DNA of 64,000 nt. It comes from Torpedo marmorata (Eukaryota). Location: assembly GCA_977017645.1 (NCBI GenBank), contig OZ360247.1, positions 33,480,001 through 33,544,000 on the forward strand. Direction: 5' to 3'. A model generated the notes under the pieces. The model made no database searches. It saw nothing but the letters and a program-made list of their open reading frames with translations, and was not told the DNA's origin. Positions 25,872 through 37,750 of the stretch are shown piece by piece. Position 1 is the stretch's first letter. Every line of letters begins with the position of its first letter. Made by a program: the position numbers and the translations under genes.

Positions 25872-28800
25872 TGATGTACCTATCAATGACCAACGCGAGT
25901 CAGGAAGTGCAAGGAATCAATAGGCTTTTATTACCAGAAATCAGGCCAGGGCTAAGCTACACTTTGACCTGTCGATCCTGCTGGACTGTCCCGGAACTGT
26001 GGGTGGAGTCAATGGCTCAAGGCCTTTATTCCAGGGGAAAGGGGGAGGAGTCACCGGGACAGACAGACAGGACATGATCAGACTTGCCCCAGCCCACAAT
26101 ACACACATATGTACAAAAGTGGTTTACCACATTCACCCCTTCTTTTAGAACAAGTCCGACGGGGGGGGGGGGGTGAAATGGTCACCGTAAGTAAAAAAAA
26201 AAAACACAAAATATACAAATTATTTACATAGCAACCATCACATCTACAGATTGAGTCTGTCCGGCGGTCGGGCTCGCCGCTGTGACCTGCGTAAGACCTG
26301 CGGTGATGGCGCGGGTGATGAAGGTAGTTGTGTCTGTGGAACGAGAGTAGGGTGGGTCTGGGTCTGGGTTGCCTCCTGCCTGGCTTGTGGCTCGTCCAAC
26401 TCCGGCTGGGGCGTTGTACCCGCCATGCTGGGGGGCGGATGAGGCGGAGGGAGCAGCTGTGACCAGGCGTTCCCGCTGTCGGGGACCTCTTCTGACGCTC
26501 CTGCAGGCGCCAGGTCCCGTATTGACACTGTGTCTTCCCGCCCATCGGGGAAAACCACGAATGCGTACTGCGGGTTCGCATGGGTCAGCTGCACCCTCTC
26601 GACCAAGGGCTCGTACTTGCTACTCCGAAGATGTTTGCGGAGTAGCACCGGTCCCGGGGACGTCAGCCAGGCAGGGAGGGTAGTTCCGGTGGTCGATTTT
26701 CTGGGGAAGGAAAAAAGACGTTCGTGAGGGGTAGCGTTAGTGGCGGTACATAGCAGGGATCGTATAGAGTGGAGGGCGTCCGGGAGAACCTCCTGCCAGC
26801 GGGCCACTGGCCACCCTTTTGATTTCAGGGCCAGTAGCGTAGCTGTCCATACCGTGGCGTTCTCCCTCTCCACCTGTCCGTTCCCCTGCGGGTTGTACCC
26901 CGTGGTCCTACTGGTGGCGATGCCTCGGGTCTGCAAGTACTGCCGCAGCTCCTCGCTCATGAACGCGGATCCCCGGTCGCTATGGACATAGCAGGGGAAC
27001 CCGAACAAGGTGAATACCTGGCGGAGGGCTTTAATAGCCGAAGCCGCCGAGGTATCGGGGCAGGGGATGGCAAAGGGGAACCGCGAGTACTCATCGATGA
27101 TATTAAGGAAGTACACGTTGCGGTTCGTGGAGGGAAGGGGGCCCTTGAAGTCTATACTGAGACGTTCGAACGGGCGGGTGGCTTTGACCAGCTGTGCTTT
27201 GTCGGGGCGGTAGTACTGCGGTTTGCATTCCGCACAGACTCGGCAGCTGCTGGTCATGGTCCTGACCTCTTCCAGGGAGTAAGGCAGGTTCCGTGCTTTA
27301 ATGAAGTGGAACAGCCTGGTGACTCCTGGGTGGCAGAGGTCGTTGTGTAGGGAGTATGCTCGGTCGATCTGCGCGCTGGCGCACGATCCCCGGGATAGAG
27401 CATCGGAGGGCTCGTTGAGCTTCCCGGGCCGGTAAAGGATGTCGTAGTTGTAGGTGGAGAGTTCTATTCTCCACCTCATGATTTTATCATTCTTGATTTT
27501 ACCCCGCTGCTGGTTGTTAAACATGAATGCGACGGAGCGCTGGTCCGTCAGCAGGGTAAAATGTTTTCCGGCGAGATAGTGCCTCCAGTGCCGAATAGCC
27601 TCAACTATGGCCTGGGCCTCTTTCTCTACCGCGGAGTGCCGAATTTCGGGGCCTTGAAGGGTGCGGGAGAAAAACGCTACCGGTCTTCCCGCCTGGTTGA
27701 GGGTAGCAGCCAGTGCGAAGTCCGATGCGTCGCTCTCTACCTGAAAAGGTTCCGACTCGTCCACCGCGTGCATCGCTGCTCGGGCGATGTCCCCTTTTAT
27801 GAGGTCGAAGGCCTCACGTGCCTCCGCTGCCAGGGGAAACTTGGTGGATTTGACGAGGGGTCGGGCTTTGTCCGCGAAGTTTGGGACCCACTGCACATAA
27901 TACGAGAAGAACCCGAGGCATCGTTTAAGGGCTTTGGGGGTAAGGGGGATCGGATGTTCCAACAGGGTGCGCATGCGGTCGGGGTCGGGTCCAATCACCC
28001 CGTTCTCCACGACGCACCCCAGGATAGCGAGTCGGGTAGTCCCGAACACGCATTTCTCCTTGTTATAAGTGAGGTTCAGCGTCTTGGCCGCCTGTAGGAA
28101 CTTCCGAAGGTTCTTATCGTGATCCTGGCGATCATGACCACAAATGGTGATGTCGTCCAGGTACGGGAAGGTGGCAGTGAGTTTGAACTGGTCAATGATC
28201 CTGTCCATCTCCCGTTGAAACACAGATACCCCGTTTGTTACCCCGAAGGGGACGCGCAGAAAATGGAATAATCTGCCGTCCGCCTCGAAAGCGGTGTACG
28301 CTCGGTCTTCCCGGCAAATCGGAAGCTGGTGGTAAGCCGACTTTAGATCGATGGTGGAAAATATTTTGTACTGCGCAATCTGGTTGACCATATCCGCGAT
28401 TCTTGGCAGTGGATAGGCATCCAGTTGCGTGAACCGGTTAATGGTCTGGCTATAGTCCACCACCATCCGGCTCTTAGCCCCGTTCTTCACTACGACTACC
28501 TGTGCTCTCCAGGGGCTGTTACTGGGTGCGATGATCCCTTCCCCCAGTAGACGATGCACCTCCGCCTTAATGAATGCCCTGTCCCCTGCACTGTATCGCC
28601 TACTTTTCGTTGCTACAGGCTTACAGTCAGGGGTCAGGTTGGCGAACAGTGACGGGGGTTGGGTCTTCAGCGTGGAGAGACCACAGGTAGTCTGGGGCGT
28701 ATTACTCAAATATTGGGGGTTGGTCACTACGATCGGAGGGTGGGGCCCGTCATAGTGCATGGTGACGCTTCGCAGGTGGCTTTGGAAGTCCAGTCCCAGC

Positions 28801-30484
28801 AATACAGGAGCACACAAATGGGGCATGACTAACAATGAAAACCCCCGATATTCCGTGCCCTGTACCACAATGTTCGCCACACAATCCCCCCGGATGTCTG
28901 TTGTGTGCGTTCCAGACGCCATGGCCACCTTCTGGCTTACCGGTACAATTGTGAGGCCACAGCGCTGGGCGGTGTCTGGATGAACAAAGCTTTCAGTACT
29001 GCCTGTGTCGAACAGGCAGGTAGTCTTATGCCCCTCAACTAATATGTCCATCATCGATCTGGACAGCTGATGGGGCGCGCTCTGATCCAGCGTCACGGAT
29101 GCCAGGGCCGGGACGTAGTCTTGGTCCGACGTGCCGTCTTGATCCGACGCTGATGGCAGCTCCCATAGCTCGCACGTGTTGCTGCAAGATGGCAGTGCTG
29201 GAAGTGCCGCGGTGAGGCTGTAAAATGGCCGCGCCGGAAGTGCCGGTACCGGAAGTGCCGGAGGCCAAGATGGCCGCCTCCATTCCTCGCACGAGGTCAC
29301 CGCCGGAAGTGACGACAGGTAAGATGGCCGCTCCCTTACTTCGCACGCGGCGCTGCTCGGACCCGTACGCGACTTAGAGCGGCAGGCCTTAGCGTAGTGG
29401 CCTTTCTTGCCGCAGCTAGAACAAGTCGCGTCTCGGGCCGGGCAGCGCTTACGTGGGTGTTTGTCGAGCCCGCAGAAGTAACACTTCTCGGGCTCCCGGG
29501 TAACAGCGGCAGCGGTTAATTCACGGATGGCAGCGGGCTCCCGGGTAGCGGCGGCAGCGGCCAACTCACAGATAGCGGCGGCGGCGGCGATCGGGTCCCG
29601 GTAGACGGCAGCGGCAGTCACGTCGCTTGCAGGGCTGGCGGTTGGGGCGATCCACGAGGCAGGCTGCGCCTGCATAGCGTCAGCGTTCCTGAGCGCCGAC
29701 TCCAGCGTGAGGGCCGTGCGGACGGTAGATTTCAGGGTCAGGTCGGCGTGTTCCAGCAATCGCTGGCGAATGTAAACCGACCTGAGCCCCATAATGATAG
29801 TGTCCCTTGCCAATATTTCAGCGTGTTGCTCGGCCGTCAGGGCTCGGCAATCGCACGCCCGCACCAGGAGCTGCACGTCCTGGATATACTCGGAGATCGA
29901 CTCTCCGGGTCGCTGGCGCCGTTGCGATAACCTGTGCCTCGCGTAAACCTCGTTCACCGGCGTCAGGTACAGTCTTCGGAGGGCTCCCAAGGCATCCTCA
30001 TAGGTTTCACAGTCTCTGACGGTGTTATACACCCGTTTGCTTACCCTAGACATGAGGATGTCGAGTTTATCCTCGTTGGTAACCGCTCTGGTCGACCTCA
30101 GGAAGGCTACGAAGCAGCGTAGCCAGAGTTCAAAGTCACTTGCGGCGTCTTGGGCCAGGGGGTCGATGTCCAGCTTGTCTGGCCTCAGAAAATTCTCCAT
30201 CAGATTTAGAACTGGTAATAAAATTGATGTACCTATCAATGACCAACGCGAGTCAGGAAGTGCAGGGAATCAATAGGCTTTTATTACCAGAAATCAGGCC
30301 AGGGCTAAGCTACACTTTGACCTGTCGATCCTGCTGGACTGTCCCGGAACTGTGGGTGGAGTCAATGGCTCAAGGCCTTTATTCCAGGGGAAAGGGGGAG
30401 GAGTCACCGGGACAGACAGACAGGACATGATCAGACTTGCCCCAGCCCACAATACACACATATGTACAAAAGTGGTTTACCACA
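25872..30484 (-). mobile_element. Intact young Ty3/Gypsy LTR retrotransposon (single gag-pol ORF, Mag-like architecture)
   Basis: 260-bp LTRs at 25872-26131 and 30225-30484 with one mismatch seen. 5-bp TSD ATCTC. PPT AAAAGAAGGGGTGAA abuts the 3' LTR. Confidence 0.97.
26244..30200 (-). CDS. Gag-Pol polyprotein (gag, 2 CCHC knuckles, protease, RT, RNase H, integrase), ~1318 aa
   Basis: Starts MENFLRPD. Knuckles CYFCGLDKHPRKRC and CSSCGKKGHYAKAC; protease LFDTGS; RT PFG...YLDD; RNase H VESDAS; integrase HNDLCH...CRVC, SIDFKGP, HSDRG, GQVER. No stops. Confidence 0.96.
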   Translation of the reverse strand: MENFLRPDKLDIDPLAQDAASDFELWLRCFVAFLRSTRAVTNEDKLDILMSRVSKRVYNTVRDCETYEDALGALRRLYLTPVNEVYARHRLSQRRQRPGESISEYIQDVQLLVRACDCRALTAEQHAEILARDTIIMGLRSVYIRQRLLEHADLTLKSTVRTALTLESALRNADAMQAQPASWIAPTASPASDVTAAAVYRDPIAAAAAICELAAAAATREPAAIRELTAAAVTREPEKCYFCGLDKHPRKRCPARDATCSSCGKKGHYAKACRSKSRTGPSSAACEVRERPSYLSSLPAVTSCEEWRRPSWPPALPVPALPARPFYSLTAALPALPSCSNTCELWELPSASDQDGTSDQDYVPALASVTLDQSAPHQLSRSMMDILVEGHKTTCLFDTGSTESFVHPDTAQRCGLTIVPVSQKVAMASGTHTTDIRGDCVANIVVQGTEYRGFSLLVMPHLCAPVLLGLDFQSHLRSVTMHYDGPHPPIVVTNPQYLSNTPQTTCGLSTLKTQPPSLFANLTPDCKPVATKSRRYSAGDRAFIKAEVHRLLGEGIIAPSNSPWRAQVVVVKNGAKSRMVVDYSQTINRFTQLDAYPLPRIADMVNQIAQYKIFSTIDLKSAYHQLPICREDRAYTAFEADGRLFHFLRVPFGVTNGVSVFQREMDRIIDQFKLTATFPYLDDITICGHDRQDHDKNLRKFLQAAKTLNLTYNKEKCVFGTTRLAILGCVVENGVIGPDPDRMRTLLEHPIPLTPKALKRCLGFFSYYVQWVPNFADKARPLVKSTKFPLAAEAREAFDLIKGDIARAAMHAVDESEPFQVESDASDFALAATLNQAGRPVAFFSRTLQGPEIRHSAVEKEAQAIVEAIRHWRHYLAGKHFTLLTDQRSVAFMFNNQQRGKIKNDKIMRWRIELSTYNYDILYRPGKLNEPSDALSRGSCASAQIDRAYSLHNDLCHPGVTRLFHFIKARNLPYSLEEVRTMTSSCRVCAECKPQYYRPDKAQLVKATRPFERLSIDFKGPLPSTNRNVYFLNIIDEYSRFPFAIPCPDTSAASAIKALRQVFTLFGFPCYVHSDRGSAFMSEELRQYLQTRGIATSRTTGYNPQGNGQVERENATVWTATLLALKSKGWPVARWQEVLPDALHSIRSLLCTATNATPHERLFSFPRKSTTGTTLPAWLTSPGPVLLRKHLRSSKYEPLVERVQLTHANPQYAFVVFPDGREDTVSIRDLAPAGASEEVPDSGNAWSQLLPPPHPPPSMAGTTPQPELDEPQARQEATQTQTHPTLVPQTQLPSSPAPSPQVLRRSQRRARPPDRLNL

Positions 30485-31119
30485 ATCTCTTAATTAGAGT
30501 TCTGGCCCTACTTGTTTCAAGAAACATACTTTGTCAGCATATTCCTGGTAGATTTCACGCAATTGTCCTGAACCAGGCAACTTGTTCTGCCGAACACATC
30601 ACCACCATCCCTTTTCAGTCTAAATTACTGCCTTGGCTTTCACATCCTGCAAGTTTTAAATGATCATTCTGTTTCAGCATATTCTTTGTAATTAATATTA
30701 TTTGTTTAATTATTTTGCCATTGTTTTATAAATAATATGCAGTTTAATTGTCCAAAATGGAAATAAAATATGCTTTCAGTGCTTCAGCTGACCTTTTTAA
30801 CTCCCAACTTTAAAAATGCATATATATTTTGACTGAAGTACTTCAAATCAGTTTCTCACTGGAGTTTATCAGTGCCTTGATAGTTTCTCTCTTTAGCCAC
30901 GTAAACCATTTAATAATATACTATTGCCAAATAACTATGCGTGACTGAGACCAATTCTTCTGAAATGTTGCCAATTCCTTTTCCCCACACATGCTGATCA
31001 CCCCGTTGACTTCCTCCAGTAGTTTGTTTTTCAGCTCCTAAATAAACGACTTTAGTTGGACTGACAGGTTCTTAACAAAGTTCCATTTTATTTCCACACT
31101 TAAAATTGTATTCTTTGCT

Positions 31120-31756
31120 ATGCAGCATAGGCACTTTTCTTTTTAACCTGATACCAAGTTTTGATCATTTTCTGAAGCCCAAGGTAAATATTTCTTATTG
31201 CAGAAAATAGTAAATGACCCTTATTGCGACCATTTCACTTTATAATCGCTTGAGAACATGTAGGCGGTTGTTTTTGACTCGTTATAAAAATGAAAAGTCC
31301 GTTCCAAAATAGCATTGACTTTTTCACTATTTATTTGAACTCTTAAATAGTAAACTATACTTAAAACTATTAATAAACAGACAATAAATTATTAATACAT
31401 TCAAAAGTAAACGTTCAAAGAAATTATCTGAACGAGCTCCATGTTCTTGATTCTAACAGCACACAAGCAAATTCAAAACTAAACCTTGTTTATATTATAC
31501 ACGCAGAAAAGGACCTTGGCTACAGGCCGTTACTATAGAAACACTCAAAAGAATGTCAACAATCTTCTGCAGACTGCTAAAAACTGACAAAATATGTTTG
31601 CAAGTCATTTTAAGTCATTTTAACCCTTACAACCCTGAACCCGTTAACTCCAGGAAGTCTGACAGGAAATCTAAAGTCTGTATTGTCACAATGATGCATC
31701 TTTGTAGACAAGTGATTACATTTGTGAAGCTGTCTTGTTGCACCTCTTCCAGTTTA
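31120..31756. repeat. ~637-bp direct repeat, copy 1 (giant TSD of the adjacent L1)
   Basis: Matches 34717-35353 at offset 3597. One mismatch seen. Confidence 0.93.
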
Positions 31757-34720
31757 TTTATTTATTTTTTTTTAAATATTTTATTTAAATTTTTAAATCA
31801 CACATTACATAAAATAACTTGCATATAATTCTTAAGAAATACATGTGATTACATTTTCTCCCCCCCTCATCCCACCCTCCCCTCCCTAACCCCTATACCC
31901 CCCTAATCTAATTAAAATATAAAATAATAGTAATAGTAAAGGAAAAAGAGAAAAAGAAGATAGAAAGATAGAGCGAGGAGTCAATAAACTTAAAAGAAAG
32001 AAAAAACTAATATATCTTAGAGGTTATTTCGCCGGTAGGTCTAATATCCAGAGAATTCACAATGTTAAACCCATAATCCTCGTATATGGGCCCCAAATTT
32101 TCAAAAAAGAATGATATTTATTTCGTAAATTATAGGTAATTTTTTCCAATGGTATACATGACCGTAACTCTGCATGCCATCGTTCTAAATTTAAATCAAC
32201 ATCCGATTTCCAAGTAATAGCTATACATTTTTTTGAAATTGCTAATATTATACGTAAAAATTCTACTTGATACATATTCAATTTATGTCTAATACTAAAT
32301 TTTTTAATATCTCCAAATAAAAACAACATAGGATCCATTGCAATTTCAACATTAAAAATTCTTTCTAAAAAATTCTTAACTTTCAACCAAAAATCTTGAA
32401 TCTTTGAACATAACCATGTACAGTGTACAAAAGATCCTATTTCAGTTTTACATCTAAAACACGTATCTGATAACGCTGGGTTAAATTTCTTCAATTTTCT
32501 AGGTGTCAAATACAATTGATGAAAAAAATTATATTGTACTAATCTATATCTCACATTAATAACTTTTGTCATACTTAGTTTACATAAATCTTTCCAATGT
32601 TTTTCATCTATATTAACATTCAAATCTAATTCCCATTTCAGTCTAGACTTATGTTCTCCTACCTTAGACATCTTTCTTTGAAACAACTTATACATTTGTG
32701 ATATAAATTTATTAACATTAACTTTGGTAATTAATAACTCCAATTCACTTTGTCTTGATACTATTAATTCATTCCCTAATCTTTCAATCAAAAAAGCTCT
32801 AACTTGAAAATAAACTAACATTGTATTATCTAATATATTAAATTTTTCCTTTAACCTCTGAAAGGTAACAAATTTACCTGCTTCAAAACAATCTTTTAAT
32901 GTCTTAACTCCCTTTAAAAACCATAACTTAAGTAATTGATTATCCATAGAAAATGGTAAAAGTGGATTCTGATATATTGGTGTATTTAAAGAAATTAATC
33001 CTTTTTGACCTATCTCCTTATCTACTTGCGACCAAATTTCCAACAGATGTTTAATAATTGGTGTTTTTTTCTTTTTAAGTAATAATAATTTAGGATTCCA
33101 TTTATAAATAATATCTTCTTTATGTATTTCTCCCATATTATTCAATTCTATATTAATCCAAGCAGAAGTTTTATTCAAATCAAAAAATTCATTAATAAAT
33201 TTTAACTGAGCTACTTTATAATAATGTTGAAAATTAGGAAGTTGTAATCCTCCCATCTCATAATTCCATGTTAATTTATCTATACTTACTCTTGCTAACT
33301 TTCCTTTCCATAGAAATTTCCTAACAATAAATTTTAAATCTTTAAAAAATTTATTTGGAATACCATAAGGAATTGATTGAAAAAGATATTGAATTCTTGG
33401 AAAAACATTCATTTTAATACAATTTACTCTTCCCATCAACGTTATAGGTAAGTCTTTCCAAAGCTCTAAATCTTTTTTTATTTTAATAAATAAAGGTGTA
33501 TAATTTAATTTATACAAATTTTCCAAATTTGTGTCTACTCTGACTCCCAAATATTTAATACTCTCTGTAGTCCATTTAAAGTCTGTAACTTCTTTACATC
33601 TAGTATAATCCCCTTGTGATAAAGCCAAAATCTCACTTTTATCTGAGTTAATCTTATATCCTGATATCTCACCATATTCTGTCAATATAATAGCCAATTG
33701 TTGAAGTGATGTAACAGATTTTGTCATATATATTAATACATCATCTGCAAACAAACTAATCTTGTGCTCTTCCCTACCAACCTTTATTCCCATTATATTT
33801 GTATCTTCTCTAATCATTTCTGCTAAAGGTTCTATTACCAACACAAACAAAGCAGGTGATAAAGGACATCCCTGTCGTGTTGATCTTGATAATAAAAACT
33901 TTTGCGATATCTGTCCATTTGTAACTACTTTAGCCGTAGGTTCCTTATATATAGTTTTAATCCAATTTATAAAATTATCTCCAAATCCAAATTTTTCCAA
34001 AACCTTAAATAAGAAATTCCACTCTACTCTATCAAATGCCTTCTCTGCATCCAGTGTTACTACCAGTGGTAAATCTTGTTTCTTCTTATATACATTAATT
34101 AAGCTTAACAATCTAGCTATATTATCTTTCGAATATCTATTTTTAATAAATCCGGCTTGATCTGAATGTATTAAATGTGGTAAACATTTAGCTAATCTAT
34201 TTGCTAAAATTTTCGCCATTATCTTATAATCTACATTTAACAATGAAATAGGCCTATAAGATTCTGTTTTTAATACATCTCTATCTTTCTTTGGTATAAC
34301 CGTAATAATAGCATTTAAAAATGTCTTCGGTAATAAATGAGTTTCCTTAACTTGATTCAATACCTCCATATACAAAGGTATCAATAAATCTTTAAATTCT
34401 TTATAAAATTCTACTGGAAATCCATCATCACCTGGAGATTTACCACTTCTCAACGTCGATATTGCTTCAGTAACTTCTCTCATCGTAAAAGGTAAATCCA
34501 AAGAATATTTACTTTGAACACTCAATTTAGGTAAAGTAATTTTAGATAAAAATCTATTTATCTTCGTTTCATCTTGATCTGTCTCAGATCTATATAAATT
34601 CTGATAATATTCTTTAAAAGATTCATTTATTTCTTGTGGCTTATATGTTATTACCCCAGTATTTCTCTTCCTTATAGCATTAATTGTTTTAGAAACTTGC
34701 TCTTTTTTCAATTGCCATGC
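31756..34720 (-). mobile_element. 5'-truncated L1-clade LINE with uninterrupted ORF2 remainder
   Basis: ORF 32057-~34720: KSPGDDGF, YRPISLLNVDYK, LDAEKAFD, TRQGCPLSP, LFADD, KYLG, CFRC...HCTWLC. G-rich 3' UTR and A-rich tail at the left. Confidence 0.95.
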
Positions 34721-35353
34721 AGCATAGGCGCTTTTCTTTTTAACCTGATACCAAGTTTTGATCATTTTCTGAAGCCCAAGGTAAATATTTCTTATTGCAG
34801 AAAATAGTAAATGACCCTTATTGCGACCATTTCACTTTATAATCGCTTGAGAACATGTAGGCGGTTGTTTTTGACTCGTTATAAAAATGAAAAGTCCGTT
34901 CCAAAATAGCATTGACTTTTTCACTATTTATTTGAACTCTTAAATAGTAAACTATACTTAAAACTATTAATAAACAGACAATAAATTATTAATACATTCA
35001 AAAGTAAACGTTCAAAGAAATTATCTGAACGAGCTCCATGTTCTTGATTCTAACAGCACACAAGCAAATTCAAAACTAAACCTTGTTTATATTATACACG
35101 CAGAAAAGGACCTTGGCTACAGGCCGTTACTATAGAAACACTCAAAAGAATGTCAACAATCTTCTGCAGACTGCTAAAAACTGACAAAATATGTTTGCAA
35201 GTCATTTTAAGTCATTTTAACCCTTACAACCCTGAACCCGTTAACTCCAGGAAGTCTGACAGGAAATCTAAAGTCTGTATTGTCACAATGATGCATCTTT
35301 GTAGACAAGTGATTACATTTGTGAAGCTGTCTTGTTGCACCTCTTCCAGTTTA
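34717..35353. repeat. ~637-bp direct repeat, copy 2
   Basis: Matches 31120-31756. The ORF track gives identical peptides at 31553 and 35150. Confidence 0.93.
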
Positions 35354-36619
35354 AAAGCCATTGTCCCCTAGTTAAAAAGAGCAAAATCCATTGTGACTCA
35401 AGTTAAGAGCCTAGAAGGTTACTCTCAAAGGTTAAACAGACTATATAGCTTAAAACACAATACTTCAAGGGGACTTTTAACTCTGGAATGGGGATCGCTC
35501 ATTTGGCTGTCCAATAATTCAGCAACTTTACAGTACATATAGATATGTTTTTTGGCTCATAGTGTAAATCAGCTGCTCTTTAGTGATCCATTCTTCGGCT
35601 TACAAGCAGCCCTTGTACCATTAGTTCCTCTATCGTATTGACTAACAACACCACACATTTGCCTTCCACTGCAATTGACAAGGAATTGTTCATCCTTTCA
35701 CCATTTATAATGCTGCCAAACGATGTGTAACTTGATGTCCACCTTAAAACTAATTTGTACTGAGATTAAAAGAAAATTTACATTTTCTGTGAACATTTGC
35801 TATTTTGCACTACTAATTTTAATGCCAATTGTTCATGCAAGTTGAATTTGAGATCAATGCTGTTTATTTCTTAGATTAAAAACTTACATTTGATTAAATC
35901 TTTTCAGTCCAACCTTCCGCTTTTTCCCACTCCTACATAATTATACTGTTTATTTGTGTGGGCTTCCACAGAGCAAGCAGATGTGATCGATTACTGTGCA
36001 CGAACAAGTGGCAGGCAGCACATTACTGAAAGCTGATTGCCACTTGTGTCAGTGAAAGCATTAACCACAAAAGCTCAGGATTAGTGAATTGTGGCAAACA
36101 TGGCTTCTTTGAATCATGTAGGCTATCAGACATCCTCCTAAATTCTAGGCTTCACCCTCCGTCTGTTTCAGACAAAATAAATATTTCGCCTAGCACCTCT
36201 AACACTGACGTTTCATTTTTTTTCTCCATTGTTCAAGCTCTCCTTCTCCAAGAAGAGGCAAAGAAGAAAAGGAAAATGGAAGTCAATTATCAACCATTTT
36301 TCTGTAATTCATGCAAAACCCTTTCTACTCCAATAAATAGGTCCTTTTCAGAATGGAAGGTTGTAAGTAATGAAGTACACGAGGGATACGTTCTTGGCCC
36401 TCAATTGTTTATTCAAGTTCATTAATCATCTGATTGCACAAGTACAACCCCATGAAACAACGTTCTTCGGTCCTCGGTGCAAAACATGCAGACACACAAC
36501 CAGACATAGCTCAAGCAATACAAATGCAGGACAAATATACATAGATAAAAATAAATTGTTTTTATTATTTTACTATTTATGTTTATGAGCTGGAGGAGAG
36601 AATAATATAAAAAATTTCC

Positions 36620-37750
36620 AAGTTTGTTGATGCAAAAATAGGGAAAGGGCAGATTATAATGAGAATGTTGTGATTCTGCAAAGGGATGAGATAGTTTGAG
36701 TGACTGGGCAAAATCCTGGCAGACGGAGTTTGACATTGAGAAGTGAGAGGTCACAAACTTTAGTAAAGGAAACAAAATGCAGATATGGCTTTTGTGGCGG
36801 CACGGTTGGTGTAGCGGTTAGCGCAACGACTTTACAGTGGCAGTGATCGGGACCGGACCGGGGTTCGAATCCCGCGCTGTCTGTGAGTTTGTACGTTCTC
36901 CCAGTGTCTGCGTGGGTTTTCTCCGGGGGCTCCGGTTTCCTCCCACCCTTCAAAACGTACCGGGGGTGTAGGTTAATGGGGTGTAAATTGGGCGGCACGG
37001 ACTCATAGGGCCGAATTGGCCTGTTACAGTGCTGACTGTCTAAATTTAAAATTTTAAAAAATCTAAATGGGGGGGAGACTGAAAGTGAGTGATTCAGCGG
37101 GTTCTAGGTGTTCTAGTGCATGAATCACAAAACGTTAGCAGATAGGTCCAACAAAAAGGCAAGTCTATATTGTGAAGGTGTTGGAATTTAAGAATAGGAA
37201 TGACTTGCTAGTTTCCCAGTGTTAATGGGGCCACACTTGGAATTTTGTGCACAGTTTTGGTCTCGTTATTTAAAAAATGATCTGGCAGCATTGGAGACTG
37301 GCCAAAGGAGATTCAACAGGCTACTTCCTGGGATGAGAAAGTTGTCCTATGAAGAGAGTTTAGACACTTTAATTCAGTATTTCTTGGAGTTTTAGAGGAA
37401 TGAGGGATGATTTTATTGAAACATAAAATATCCTAAGGGGCTTGACAGGATAAATGTTGAAATGTTTCCACTAGCGGGAGCCATGGACAAGAGGACATAA
37501 CTACAAAATAAGGGGCTGGTCATTTAAAATTGAGCTGCATATACATTTCTTTTTCTTGGAGGGCAGTGAATCTCAGGAATTCTCTGCCCCCAAGGTGACA
37601 GAGGCCAAATCATCAGAAAGATTAAGATTTATAGGGAACTGGCACAGAAGAATAGTTGATGCCTGGGGCAGATCAACCATGATCATGTTGAATGACAAGG
37701 CAGGCTTCATGGGCTTATGGCCTATTCCTACTCATATTTTCTTATGTTTT
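36620..37750 (+). mobile_element. Degenerate CR1 LINE with a nested V-SINE
   Basis: Remnants of WAKSWQ-EF, QRRF, TRGHNYKI and the CR1 tail. Confidence 0.75.
36794..37050 (+). mobile_element. Full-length V-SINE (HE1-like, tRNA-derived)
   Basis: A-box TGGTGTAGCGG, B-box GGTTCGAATCC, V-domain and CR1-derived tail. Confidence 0.9.

Noticed and set aside
34717-34765. Apparent N-terminus MIKTWYQVKKKSAY of the 902-aa ORF
   Set aside because: It comes from duplicated flank fortuitously in frame. The L1 is truncated and lacks the endonuclease domain.
36794-36885. tRNA-like sequence with A and B boxes
   Set aside because: It is the head of a V-SINE, continuous with the V-domain and LINE tail, not a tRNA gene.
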